NCBI GenBank assembly: GCA_964468895.1
Contig: CAYXWT010000003.1
Span: forward strand, 5,157 to 37,156
Length of the DNA: 32,000 bases
Reading direction: 5' to 3'
Origin: an uncultured archaeon
GTDB taxonomy: Archaea > Iainarchaeota > Iainarchaeia > Iainarchaeales > CSSED10-239
Shown: in pieces, positions 1 through 9,427 of the stretch
How positions within the stretch are numbered: the first letter of the stretch is position 1
How the letters are laid out: every line of letters begins with the position of its first letter
Notes under the pieces: generated by a model
What the model saw: the letters and a program-made list of their open reading frames with translations, nothing else
Told to the model about the DNA's origin: nothing
Databases searched by the model: none
Made by a program: the position numbers and the translations under genes

Positions 1-339
1 GATAAGTCTGACAGTTTTATATTTTGGATAATAGGTGGGTTCCAAATTTTATTTAATTTGAGTTTTTTAATAATTTTTTTTGAATCATTTTTTGTAAAAT
101 TTGGAGGTTTTATTAATATCATCTTTTTTTTAATATCTTTTATTTTTGGGCTTTTAATTTTTCCAACAACTAGTAACTTTATAGGAAATTTATTACATAT
201 AGCTATAAGCAAAAAGTTAAAAATAATATTAATCATTTTACCAATTTTAATACTTATTTTACATACTGTTATTTTACACTTTAGTTTACATCAAGCATCT
301 AAACAGACAGTAGAAGTAATGGGTTTATTAATACATTAA
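1..339 (+). CDS. C-terminal part of a polytopic membrane protein (5' end outside window), function unknown
   Basis: Frame 1 is open from base 1 (DKSDSFIFWIIGGFQILFN...) into the listed ORF 58..339, whose listed start is only TTG. The translation is mostly hydrophobic helices (IIFFLISFIFGLLIF, IILIILPILILILHTVIL). Confidence 0.4.
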   Translation, partial: DKSDSFIFWIIGGFQILFNLSFLIIFFESFFVKFGGFINIIFFLISFIFGLLIFPTTSNFIGNLLHIAISKKLKIILIILPILILILHTVILHFSLHQASKQTVEVMGLLIH

Positions 340-372
340 GACAAAAATAATGTTTTTTTTTAAAATTGGTAT

Positions 373-1044
373 TTATATAAAATTAATCAGTATAAATGCA
401 ATTACCCCAGAAATAAAACTTGCTAAAAAATTAGTTTGATAATTGTTACTATATCCTTTTCTTTCAAGTGTTGCTCCTATATAGCTATCAATAATAGTTC
501 CTAAAAAACCAATAATACCTATTATTAGTATGGATTGAGTAGTGTAGATGAAACTTGAATTGAAAATTTGAGGTGCAATCATAAAATAAACTATAGTGAT
601 AGCCCCTATAATTGCAGCAGCTGTAAGACCTAAGATAGTAACGCCACCGTCTGTACCGGTTTTAACTTTTTTAAAAGTTGTTATTAATCTTGGTTTAATT
701 ATAGATAATCTACCAATTTCTGAAGATAAAGTGTCTGAAAAAGCAGCACAAATAGAAACTATTGCTGGTATTACTTGTCCAAATAGCATAAATATACATC
801 CAGCTAGACAATTTCCAAGTAAATTTTTATAAGATCTTCTTTTATGTTTTTTATCTAGAATAAGTGTTATACTTTCGGCAACACAAAAAAATATTAAAAT
901 ATAAATCATTGATTCAATATTTCCAAAATTTAAAAATATTGCACAAATTATAAATATTATAGAAATAGTAATTAAATCATACTTTCTAGTAATACAAAGT
1001 ATGATTCCTAAAATATAAAAAAAAAGAAAATATAACCAAAACAT
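373..1044 (-). CDS. DUF92 / TMEM19 / VTE6-like integral membrane protein (COG1836 family)
   Basis: Multi-pass hydrophobic protein carrying family-typical motifs AAFSDTLSSEIG, GTDGGVTILGLTAAAIIGA and IIDSYIGATLERKG. Confidence 0.6.
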   Translation of the reverse strand: MFWLYFLFFYILGIILCITRKYDLITISIIFIICAIFLNFGNIESMIYILIFFCVAESITLILDKKHKRRSYKNLLGNCLAGCIFMLFGQVIPAIVSICAAFSDTLSSEIGRLSIIKPRLITTFKKVKTGTDGGVTILGLTAAAIIGAITIVYFMIAPQIFNSSFIYTTQSILIIGIIGFLGTIIDSYIGATLERKGYSNNYQTNFLASFISGVIAFILINFI

Positions 1045-1046
1045 AT

Positions 1047-1625
1047 TTATTCTACTAATTGTGCTTTAGATATAAATATTTTATTTACAAAACCAATTTT
1101 GAGTAATTTCTTTTTAAGTTTTTCTCCAAATTTCTGATAAACAATGTCATTCCAATTTTCAGAAATTGTTTTAGTTTTAATATCCTCTAACATATACTCA
1201 GTAATGATTTTTTGAGCTTCTTTTCTTTGAGTTAAAGTATATCTTGCACCAGTTATAAATAAAACTTTTAATTTAATTTTTTTACCTTCTTTGGTATTTA
1301 CATAAATTATAGGTTCTATTTTGGATTTACCTCTTCTAAGTAATCTTCTTAAAAAATTAGTTTTTGTATCAAATTTAACTAATTCAGTATCAGCTTTAGT
1401 TGCTGTTACTTTATTAATTCTAAATGTTAGTTCATAATATGTATCTCTTACACTTCCTGTAAGTTCTTTAAGAGATTTTTTAACTTTTCTTCCAATCAAT
1501 TTTTTAGATTCGATAGCAACAGTTTCTGCGATTATTTTACCATCAAAGGTAGAATCTGCAAAAACTTCAAACCATCTTTTTTTTTTCCAATTATCAACAG
1601 TTCTTTTTTTAACTTTAGTAGCCAT
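1047..1625 (-). CDS. rps3ae: 30S ribosomal protein S3Ae (eS1)
   Basis: N-terminus MATKVKKRTVDNWKKKRWFEVFA is the characteristic eS1 start. Length (192 aa) and basic composition fit. It sits 11 nt downstream of uS15 on the same strand. Confidence 0.9.
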   Translation of the reverse strand: MATKVKKRTVDNWKKKRWFEVFADSTFDGKIIAETVAIESKKLIGRKVKKSLKELTGSVRDTYYELTFRINKVTATKADTELVKFDTKTNFLRRLLRRGKSKIEPIIYVNTKEGKKIKLKVLFITGARYTLTQRKEAQKIITEYMLEDIKTKTISENWNDIVYQKFGEKLKKKLLKIGFVNKIFISKAQLVE

Positions 1626-1636
1626 AAATTAAACAC

Positions 1637-2026
1637 CTATTTTATTAGTAACTTTGCAGTTTCGTCAGAATATCTCCAATTTTCAGGTAATTTTCCTTCT
1701 TTAATATAGTAATTTCTTAATCTATTAATTTTAGAAACTGTTAATTGATATCCTCTTTTACCACGCATATCTTTTTTATTATTTTCTTTATGTTTTATTA
1801 ATTTTACTGCTTTTTTAATTAAAGCAAGTAAATCATCAGGTAACTTATTACCCCTGATATTTAATTCTTCTTGTATTTCTTGAATTCTTTTCCCTGTAAA
1901 TTGATGTATATTTTTCACACCTAATTTATCTTTAATATAAAATCCAATTTCAGAATTAGATTTTCCTTTTTTAGTTAATTCTTCAATAGTTTTGTATATT
2001 TCATCTTTATTTACTTGAGTAGTCAT
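1637..2026 (-). CDS. rps15: 30S ribosomal protein S15 (uS15, eukaryotic S13e type)
   Basis: GKSNSEIGFYIKDKLGV..., LPDDLLALIKKAVKLIKHKENNKKDMRGKRGYQLTVSKINRLRNYYIKEGKLPENWRY matches the archaeal S15P/S13e pattern. An in-frame stop lies 3 codons upstream of the ATG. Confidence 0.85.
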   Translation of the reverse strand: MTTQVNKDEIYKTIEELTKKGKSNSEIGFYIKDKLGVKNIHQFTGKRIQEIQEELNIRGNKLPDDLLALIKKAVKLIKHKENNKKDMRGKRGYQLTVSKINRLRNYYIKEGKLPENWRYSDETAKLLIK

Positions 2027-2223
2027 ATCATTTCACACATTAATTATATATTGCATTCTAGAATTTATTTCAATTATTTTTTTAAAAAATATATATTCTT
2101 TAAATTTTAAAGAAACTGTAGCGAAGAAACAAATATATATTATATATAATATAGACTCGATTTATTTATATTTGTTTGTATTTCAAATTACAAATAATAG
2201 CTTTCTAAAACTTTAGATTTATA

Positions 2224-2793
2224 CTATAGATATCTACCTCTATTTTCGATATCTTTAATTTTAGGTATAATTGTGTTATTATTTGTTTTTTGCTTATAAC
2301 CTTTAATTATTTCAATCCAATAATCACTGGTTTTGCTATTACTTTCTAAAGTTTTTTTAAAAACTAATAAATCTGTAGCTTTGTCTTCTATTTTATTAGA
2401 TATAAAACCTAATCCAAAATCGATAAAATAAATTTCTTTTTTGTTTGTAATTATATTAATTAGATTTAAATCTCCATGTATAAAGCTATTATTATGTAAT
2501 GTTGCAATATTTTCACCTATATTTTTAAGACATTTAGTATGTTCATTAGTATTATCTAGTTTTTCCATATAAATAGTATTTTTTCCAACATAATATATTT
2601 TAGGAGTTTTAAGATTTATATTTTTGATTTTATTAATTAGTGTAGATTCTTGTTTATTTCTTATATTTACTATTTTAGAATCTAGTTTTTTATTTCTATA
2701 ATTTTTAAAAATTCTTTTTTTAATAATTATATCTTTAGTAAATATTTTGGTACTAAATATCTGTGCTTCAGCACCTTTAGCAATTTCTCTCAT
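2224..2793 (-). CDS. bud32: Bud32-type serine/threonine kinase (KEOPS subunit, Kae1-associated kinase)
   Basis: Small (189 aa) atypical kinase with IAKGAEAQIF glycine-loop equivalent, catalytic HGDLNLINII and FIDFGLGF (DFG). Confidence 0.8.
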   Translation of the reverse strand: MREIAKGAEAQIFSTKIFTKDIIIKKRIFKNYRNKKLDSKIVNIRNKQESTLINKIKNINLKTPKIYYVGKNTIYMEKLDNTNEHTKCLKNIGENIATLHNNSFIHGDLNLINIITNKKEIYFIDFGLGFISNKIEDKATDLLVFKKTLESNSKTSDYWIEIIKGYKQKTNNNTIIPKIKDIENRGRYL

Positions 2794-2802
2794 AAAACAT
2801 CT

Positions 2803-3297
2803 TTAATTGCAAGTTTGTATTTCTTTAAGTTTTAATTCAATTTGTTCAGAATCTTGATTTTTAAGATTTTCTATATATTGATTCCAATATATTTTTTTAG
2901 GTGTAGGATATATTGCTTCAAATTGCTTAATTAATTCTTTTTTAGAATTATTATAAGCTTGTATTTTATTTTTTAAATTATAAGTTATACATCTATTATT
3001 ATTTTCAAAATTAATTTGATTTCTAAGATTTAAAGAATCTTTGTAAAGATATGCATATTCTGTAATTGGGTCTGTAAATTCATCTAATCTTAATTGTTGA
3101 AGATCCAAAATATAATTGATATAATTATCTGGTACTAATTTTTCTGAATAAACATTGTAATAGCTGTTAGTAAATTCAATTGTTTCTATTTTGTTAGAAT
3201 TGTAGTTATTATAAATTAAATATAAAAAAAATAATGCTATTAATAGTACAATTATAAATCCTAGAAAATTTGATTTCTTTTTTTTTTGTTTTTTCAT
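2803..3297 (-). CDS. hypothetical N-terminally membrane-anchored protein
   Basis: MKKQKKKKSNFLGFIIVLLIALFFLYLIY: a basic N-terminus followed by one hydrophobic helix. It starts 9 nt downstream of bud32 on the same strand. No recognisable domain. Confidence 0.5.
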   Translation of the reverse strand: MKKQKKKKSNFLGFIIVLLIALFFLYLIYNNYNSNKIETIEFTNSYYNVYSEKLVPDNYINYILDLQQLRLDEFTDPITEYAYLYKDSLNLRNQINFENNNRCITYNLKNKIQAYNNSKKELIKQFEAIYPTPKKIYWNQYIENLKNQDSEQIELKLKEIQTCN

Positions 3298-3385
3298 ATT
3301 TTTTTAACCTTTTTATTATATTTAAATTACTTGTGATAATATATCTAATGTTACAAACTTATTAAAATTTATTCTTTAATGAAAT

Positions 3386-4030
3386 TTAGATGGTTTTATT
3401 TTGAAATCTTATTATTTTTAAAATTATCTTATAAATTTTTAATTCTTGTTTATTATCTTTAATTTTAATATTAATTTGATCTGATTTTTTAATAGCAACA
3501 TCTATTTTAAAATCTTGTTTCTTTTTACTAATATTACCTATTTTGGAATTTCTATAAACAATAGACTTATTAACAGTTTCAGTTAATTTTTTTCTGTAAT
3601 CTGGGTCTAACAAAAATGCATTTAATAGATGTTTATATTCTGGATCCATTAATATTTCTTCACTTAAATCTATATTTTTTAAATCTTCTTTATATTCTTT
3701 ATTTGTTATCTCTTTTATTTTATGTCTCCAATAATCCTTTTTGAAGTATTTAGTAAAATATATTCTTTGATAATAATTTTCTGCAGTTTTTTTTTTTTTA
3801 GTCCAATATTTTTTAAGTTCTGTTAACTTATTAATTTCATTTTTAATATCATTTATTTTTAATTTTATGTTTTCTTTTAAAGGATATTTAATCTTATTGT
3901 TTTCAAATATAATAAATCTTTTTTTGAAAAACATATTTAGGTACTTCTGTTCTTCTTCTTTTAATTCAAGATTTAAAAATTCTTTTAATTTATTTAAATT
4001 ATTAATAGTTTTATTTTTTTGATTTAACAT
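3386..4030 (-). CDS. hypothetical soluble Lys/Asn-rich protein
   Basis: 214-aa uninterrupted ORF without TM segments. No motif recognised. In this AT-rich background a long ORF is weaker evidence than usual. Confidence 0.4.
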   Translation of the reverse strand: MLNQKNKTINNLNKLKEFLNLELKEEEQKYLNMFFKKRFIIFENNKIKYPLKENIKLKINDIKNEINKLTELKKYWTKKKKTAENYYQRIYFTKYFKKDYWRHKIKEITNKEYKEDLKNIDLSEEILMDPEYKHLLNAFLLDPDYRKKLTETVNKSIVYRNSKIGNISKKKQDFKIDVAIKKSDQINIKIKDNKQELKIYKIILKIIRFQNKTI

Positions 4031-4212
4031 AATTTATCTGTAATTTACTTTTAAGATTATTTTGTTTATAATTAGTTATTTTTAAAATTATCACTTTAAA
4101 TACAACTATCTTTTTAAATATTGTTGTTGAACACTTTTAAATATATTGCGGTATCTAATATTTATTGTAACTTTTATATAAGTTATGTTATAAATTAAAA
4201 TTGAGTGATATT

Positions 4213-4560
4213 ATGATGCCAAATTTAGGTGGTATGGATCCTAGAAAGATTAGTTCTATGATGAAACAAATGGGTATTACAAATAAAGAAATACCTGCAA
4301 TCAAAGTTATTATTGAAACTGAAGATAAAAAGATTATTATCAATAACCCAAATGTTACACAAATAAGTATGCAAGGACAAGTTACTTTTCAAATACTTGG
4401 AGAAATTAGTGAAGAAGATAATATTAAAGAAATACCTTCTGATGATATAAAATTAGTTTGTGAAAATACATCTGTTTCTAAAGAAAAAGCAAAAGAATTA
4501 TTAGAAAAAACTAAAGGAGATATTGCTCAAGCAATATCTTTAGCTAGTGAAGAAAATTAA
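4213..4560 (+). CDS. nac: nascent polypeptide-associated complex protein (NAC domain + C-terminal UBA-like)
   Basis: MMPNLGGMDPRKISSMMKQMGI..., NAC beta-barrel segment VTQISMQGQVTFQILGE and C-terminal UBA-like SKEKAKELLEKTKGDIAQAISLA. The track start 4201 is TTG; the first ATG is at 4213. Confidence 0.85.
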   Translation: MMPNLGGMDPRKISSMMKQMGITNKEIPAIKVIIETEDKKIIINNPNVTQISMQGQVTFQILGEISEEDNIKEIPSDDIKLVCENTSVSKEKAKELLEKTKGDIAQAISLASEEN

Positions 4561-5852
4561 TTTTCTTCATTTCTTTTTTCATTAATCATGAAAAACATAA
4601 CTTCATTTCTAGTAGCATACAAAGTAACATCAAATTCTATTTCTAAATTATCTTTATTTGTTGGATATTGTATGTTAGTTGTAGTTATATTTTGATCATA
4701 ATTATAGACTACATTATTAATATTAGTGTCATTTATATCTATAATCGCTGATTTTGTGGTATCTAGTAAATTAATGTTTTCTGAATTTAATATTTCTTTA
4801 GTTCTATTTAAATCTATATTATCTTCATATAATTTAAAATAAATATTTTTCTTAAGTTGTTCTTCTATTTTAGAATTATCTAAATTATATTTTTCTAAAA
4901 ATATAGTTTTTAAATTACTATAACTATTTAAATCTATAAATTCTGTAAACTGAATACTTATTTGGTTACTATCAATAACAAAATCTTGTATAAATGAATT
5001 ATTTTCATCTTTTATAATTTGTAATTCTGAATTTAAATCAGAAATATTTTCTAGATTTTGCAGATTATATATTAAATTTCCATTTTGGTTTATAGTAGTG
5101 GTATAATTGTAATCTAATATATTATTGATATCTGAATTATTGTCAAATTCTGTTTTTGAGTCTATATTTATTTCTTTATTCCATTCTAATATAGGATATG
5201 TTTTGGAACCAGAAACCATTTGAGGTTGAGCACTTAAATTTTGCATTTCTATTGCAGTTAATCTATATAACTCTTCATCTTTAAAAATTGCTTGTAAATT
5301 AGCACTTATATTATCTCCTTCTAAGGTTTCATTTGAAACTATTGCTTCATATTTTTTAGTTGGTAAATAATATTCTAAAGTTTTATTTTTATCTTGAGAA
5401 TTTACAAAAACAATTTCTTGAGGTATTTCTACAAGAGCGTATTCATATATTTCTAAACCTGTAAAGAAAGATATTTCTTTTAAACTATTTATAATGTCAT
5501 CTTTATATTCTGTTGTGTATGTTAATGTTCCTAAATAAGCAATGGTATTTTCATCTATATTATTAAAATTACTTGTTACAGTTTTAATACCTTTAATTTT
5601 TTTAATATTATCTTCAATAGTTGTAACATCGTATTCATCTGTTGGACTGCTTATAATAAATTTAGAAAATTTACTTATTACGTTTGCATCAACATCAGAA
5701 GTATAATAATCTGTAGTTGTATTTTCATCTGCATTTTGTTGATTTGTATTTATAGGATCATCTTTTGGTCTATAAAGCACTCCTACGAACATACTTCCTA
5801 GAAATAGTAAAACAATAACTATTGCAAAAATTGTAGTTTTATTTATTTTCAA
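4557..5852 (-). CDS. hypothetical secreted or membrane-anchored Asn/Thr/Ile-rich surface protein
   Basis: N-terminal signal-anchor MKINKTTIFAIVIVLLFLGSMFVGVLY followed by about 400 aa of polar N/D/T/I-rich sequence with many N-x-S/T sequons. The stop overlaps the nac stop in a shared TTAA. Confidence 0.55.
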   Translation of the reverse strand: MKINKTTIFAIVIVLLFLGSMFVGVLYRPKDDPINTNQQNADENTTTDYYTSDVDANVISKFSKFIISSPTDEYDVTTIEDNIKKIKGIKTVTSNFNNIDENTIAYLGTLTYTTEYKDDIINSLKEISFFTGLEIYEYALVEIPQEIVFVNSQDKNKTLEYYLPTKKYEAIVSNETLEGDNISANLQAIFKDEELYRLTAIEMQNLSAQPQMVSGSKTYPILEWNKEINIDSKTEFDNNSDINNILDYNYTTTINQNGNLIYNLQNLENISDLNSELQIIKDENNSFIQDFVIDSNQISIQFTEFIDLNSYSNLKTIFLEKYNLDNSKIEEQLKKNIYFKLYEDNIDLNRTKEILNSENINLLDTTKSAIIDINDTNINNVVYNYDQNITTTNIQYPTNKDNLEIEFDVTLYATRNEVMFFMINEKRNEEN

Positions 5853-6004
5853 AATTAATCACATTTATATTTTTTTTAAAAAAGAATTTAATTTTTATTC
5901 TTTGTATATTTTATATTTATTATATCTAATTAATGATAGTAAAATTATATAAAGTAAGGTTACTATAATATATTATACATGCAAATATTTATAAAATTAA
6001 AATT

Positions 6005-6964
6005 ATGATAAGGTTTTTAAAAATGTGTTCTTTTAAGATTAAAAATATTAAAATTAAAAATAAAGGTATTTTAGCACCTATGATGGAACATACTAATTTA
6101 CCTTTTAGATTGTTATGTAAAGATTATGGTTGTGCGTTGATGTATACTGAAATGGTACACACTAATTATATTGTTTCTTTAAAAGACAATTTGGAAGATA
6201 TATCTTTATTACAATCTTGTGATGAAGATAAACCAACCACAATTCAATTAGTAGGTGATCTTAATAATAAAAATGAAATTTTATCTGCTATAGAAATTAT
6301 AGATAATTATAAATATTTTGATATTATTGATTTTAATTTAGGTTGTCCTTCTAATAGAATTATTTCTGGCAATTCTGGTTCTGCTTTATTAAAAAATATA
6401 GATTTAGTAATACCATTATTAAAAGAAATAAATTCTATTACTAAAAAGCCCTTTACTATTAAAACTAGACTTGGTTTTGCAAATAATGATATTGATTATA
6501 TTAGTGAAAAATTAATTAGTTGTGGTATTTCTGCTTTAACTATACATGGTAGAAGAGCAATTGATAATTATTTAGTACCTAGTGATCATAAATCTGTAGA
6601 AACTGTTGCAAAGAACAATAATATACCTATAATTTATAATGGAGATGTTACTTTAGATAATTTAGAAGAGTTTGTTAATAATGATTATTTTTCTGGAATT
6701 ATGATTGCAAGGTATGCTATGTCTAATCCTTCCATTTTTAAGAATATAGCTTTGAAAGATTATACTACAAATTATAAAGATCTTTCAAAAATATTATCTA
6801 AGTTTAATATTTATTGTGAGAAATATGATATTAAATATATTACCAAAAAAAAGATTTTATTATCGTTAGTTTCAAATTTTAAAAATTCTAGTAGAATTAG
6901 GTGTGATATTTCTAATAGTAAAAGTCCAGAGGAACTTAATATAATAATAAATAAATTAATATAA
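6005..6964 (+). CDS. dus: tRNA-dihydrouridine synthase (Dus family flavoenzyme)
   Basis: GILAPMMEHTNLPFRLLC, catalytic-Cys motif IIDFNLGCPSNRI, and TIM-barrel strand LTIHGRR. Confidence 0.85.
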   Translation: MIRFLKMCSFKIKNIKIKNKGILAPMMEHTNLPFRLLCKDYGCALMYTEMVHTNYIVSLKDNLEDISLLQSCDEDKPTTIQLVGDLNNKNEILSAIEIIDNYKYFDIIDFNLGCPSNRIISGNSGSALLKNIDLVIPLLKEINSITKKPFTIKTRLGFANNDIDYISEKLISCGISALTIHGRRAIDNYLVPSDHKSVETVAKNNNIPIIYNGDVTLDNLEEFVNNDYFSGIMIARYAMSNPSIFKNIALKDYTTNYKDLSKILSKFNIYCEKYDIKYITKKKILLSLVSNFKNSSRIRCDISNSKSPEELNIIINKLI

Positions 6965-7661
6965 TTATTGCTATTATTAAGAATAAAGTTTTGTATTTAT
7001 ATATAAATTTAAATAATTCTAAAATGATTTTAAAAATATTTACAAAAAAGTTTTTAAAATAAGTCATTTGTTTTTCTGGTTTTTTCATATCTTCAATAAA
7101 ATCGTCGAATAATTCAGAAGTTGTTTTTTCTCTAATAGGTATTTCATTAAGATTATTTATATCTCCACCTACAGCATCTAATTTATATTTGATTTTATCT
7201 AATTTTATTTTCCAGTAAGGAACCCATATTTCTATAAACCCAGTAAGTGTTACGTCTTGAATCTCAACATCGTATTTAGAACAAAGAAGTTTAGTAATTG
7301 TTTTTGCAGATTCTTCTTTATTAATTAATTTTTCTTTAATTCTTAAATCTATTTTTTCTATAGCTGGAATTAATAGTTTTTTAGTTAATTTAGGATTTCC
7401 AGATTTAAAAATTAAAGTTAAATCATCTTCAATTTTGTTTGTTTGAGCATTTAAAGATGTTTGCCCAGAAATAGTTTCAAACTTATTTCCTTTTTTGTAA
7501 TATATATCATAAAAACAGAACCAATACGGTACTATTGTCATATATAATTGTTTTTTTGTAATTTTTGTAGAATGCCCTCTATCTTTAAAAGAATTTAGCA
7601 TTGTTTCAAGGGCTTGTTCTCTACTTATATTTACAGGAAATGAGTTTTTATTTAACTCCAT
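6936..7661 (-). CDS. hypothetical C-tail-anchored protein with two 'VPYW' modules
   Basis: The C-terminal 20 aa form a single hydrophobic helix (TLFLIIAIIILIYLLLY). Two similar aromatic motifs are present (YMTIVPYWFCFYDIY and FIEIWVPYWKIKLD). Its start lies 12 nt downstream of the sepF-like gene on the same strand. Confidence 0.5.
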   Translation of the reverse strand: MELNKNSFPVNISREQALETMLNSFKDRGHSTKITKKQLYMTIVPYWFCFYDIYYKKGNKFETISGQTSLNAQTNKIEDDLTLIFKSGNPKLTKKLLIPAIEKIDLRIKEKLINKEESAKTITKLLCSKYDVEIQDVTLTGFIEIWVPYWKIKLDKIKYKLDAVGGDINNLNEIPIREKTTSELFDDFIEDMKKPEKQMTYFKNFFVNIFKIILELFKFIYKYKTLFLIIAIIILIYLLLY

Positions 7662-7673
7662 TTATTACACAAA

Positions 7674-8021
7674 TTAATTAATTTTTTTAATAATTTTTAC
7701 TTTTGAAGGTACAAGTAATAATTTAGTTTTAGAAACCATTGCTATATCTCCAGAATTATCTTTAATAAATGTTTTTATTTGAGAAATAAATTGTTTTACT
7801 CTTTGTGGATTTCTTTTTATTAAACCACTAATTTCTAGTAATACTATATTTCTTTTATTTAATTCATTTATTATTTGTTCTATATCTGCATTAGTTTGTA
7901 GACTAATTGGTTTCACATAGAAATCTACTTCTTCAGGTTCTTCTTCAACATCCATATTGTTTAAGAAATCATCCATGTCTACACCATTATTTTTAGTAAA
8001 CATATTGTCAAAAAATGCCAC
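7674..8021 (-). CDS. sepF: SepF-like cell-division protein (DUF552 family)
   Basis: Short N-terminal amphipathic segment MAFFDNMF, acidic linker, then the SepF core YVKPISLQTNADIEQIINELNKRNIVLLEISGL...GDIAMVSKTKLLLVPSKVKI. A GTG start is supported by an upstream GAGGTGG. Confidence 0.7.
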   Translation of the reverse strand: MAFFDNMFTKNNGVDMDDFLNNMDVEEEPEEVDFYVKPISLQTNADIEQIINELNKRNIVLLEISGLIKRNPQRVKQFISQIKTFIKDNSGDIAMVSKTKLLLVPSKVKIIKKIN

Positions 8022-8027
8022 TTATAA

Positions 8028-8034
8028 CCACCTC
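8028..8034 (-). promoter_or_regulatory. Shine-Dalgarno-like GAGGTGG upstream of the sepF GTG start
   Basis: Plus-strand CCACCTC at 8028-8034 reads GAGGTGG on the minus strand, 6 nt upstream of the GTG at 8021. Confidence 0.5.
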
Positions 8035-8233
8035 ATATATTAAAAATTTATAAAAATTATTTCTAAATATATATTTTTGTACCAAAATATATAAAAACAA
8101 ATTTCTTTTTATGTAAAATTAGTATGTATGTATAATTTTCAATTTTTATTTAATAAAATTTACTTTATAATCATTTTCTATTATAAAGGTATATATTTAT
8201 AAGATAATTAAATTGCAAAATTGTGAGTGTTAT

Positions 8234-9427
8234 ATGTATAATTATATTGTAGTTCATTATGATGAAATTGGTATTAAAGGTAAAAACAGACCTTTCTTTG
8301 AAAATAAATTAGTAGATGATTTAAATATAAAATTATCTAATTATTGTTCTAAAGTATTTAAAAGATATGGTAAGGTAGTTTGTAAACTAAATGACTTTAA
8401 AGATTCTAATACTGAAGATTTTGAAATATATAAATCTAAAGTAATTTCTATTTTACAATTAACTCCTGGTATTAGTTCTTTTTCTTTTGCAGTTCGTTGT
8501 TCTTTAGATCTTGATGAAATTTCTTTAAAATCTTTAGAGTTAATAGATACTAAAGAATTTTCTAGTTTTAGGGTTAATACAAAAAGAAGTAATAAAAGTT
8601 TTAAATTTACATCTTTAGATATAAATATAAAAATAGGGTCTGATATAGTTGAAAAAACTTCTAAAAAAGTAAATTTAAAAAATGCAGATTTAACTTTAAA
8701 TATAGAAATTGGAGATAAAGATAGTTATATTTATGATAATAAGTTTAGGGGTATTGGAGGCCTTGCAATAAAATCAAGTGGAAATGTCATTTGTTCTCTT
8801 TCAGGAGGCTTAGATAGTCCTGTTGCAAGTTATATGATGATGAAACGTGGTTGTAATGTGATATTTGCACACATTCAAAATGATACTCTTGCAAATAAAG
8901 AATTACAACAAAAAATTGAAGATCTTTGTAAAACACTTTGTAAAGTTCAAAATTCTTGTAAATTATATATTATTCCTTTTTCAGAAATTCAAAAAGAAAT
9001 TATTATGTATGTGCCTTCAGAATATAGAATGATAATTTATAGAAGATTTATGATGAAAATTATTACCAAAATTGCAAAACTAGAAGATTCTAAATTAATT
9101 GTTACTGGTGATTCTATTGGTCAAGTAGCTTCTCAAACTATAGATAATATTAATTGTATTTATGATTCTTCATTTTATCCAGTAGTAAGTCCAGTAATTG
9201 CTTTTAATAAAAATGAAATTATAGATATTTCTAAAAAAATAGGTACTTATAACATTTCAATAAAACCATATCCAGATTGTTGTTCATTTATGATTGCAAT
9301 ACACCCTAAAACTAATGCTCAATTAGATTATGTTTTAAAAATTGAAGAAAACATAATAAATTCAGATAAATTAATTGAAAATTCAATTGTAAATAAACAA
9401 ATATTAAATTTTAAATATGATTTTTAG
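8234..9427 (+). CDS. thiI: tRNA 4-thiouridine synthase ThiI (THUMP + PP-loop, no rhodanese domain)
   Basis: IVVHYDEIGIKGKNRPFFE (ThiI N-terminus), PP-loop LSGGLDSPVASYMM, and conserved YPDCCSFM. The track start 8213 is TTG; the first ATG is at 8234 (MYNYIVVHY). Confidence 0.85.
   Translation: MYNYIVVHYDEIGIKGKNRPFFENKLVDDLNIKLSNYCSKVFKRYGKVVCKLNDFKDSNTEDFEIYKSKVISILQLTPGISSFSFAVRCSLDLDEISLKSLELIDTKEFSSFRVNTKRSNKSFKFTSLDINIKIGSDIVEKTSKKVNLKNADLTLNIEIGDKDSYIYDNKFRGIGGLAIKSSGNVICSLSGGLDSPVASYMMMKRGCNVIFAHIQNDTLANKELQQKIEDLCKTLCKVQNSCKLYIIPFSEIQKEIIMYVPSEYRMIIYRRFMMKIITKIAKLEDSKLIVTGDSIGQVASQTIDNINCIYDSSFYPVVSPVIAFNKNEIIDISKKIGTYNISIKPYPDCCSFMIAIHPKTNAQLDYVLKIEENIINSDKLIENSIVNKQILNFKYDF

Noticed and set aside
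596-832. 78-aa plus-strand ORF inside the DUF92 gene
   Set aside because: It lies entirely antisense to a well-supported membrane-protein gene. Its composition mirrors the opposite-strand codons. It is a shadow ORF.
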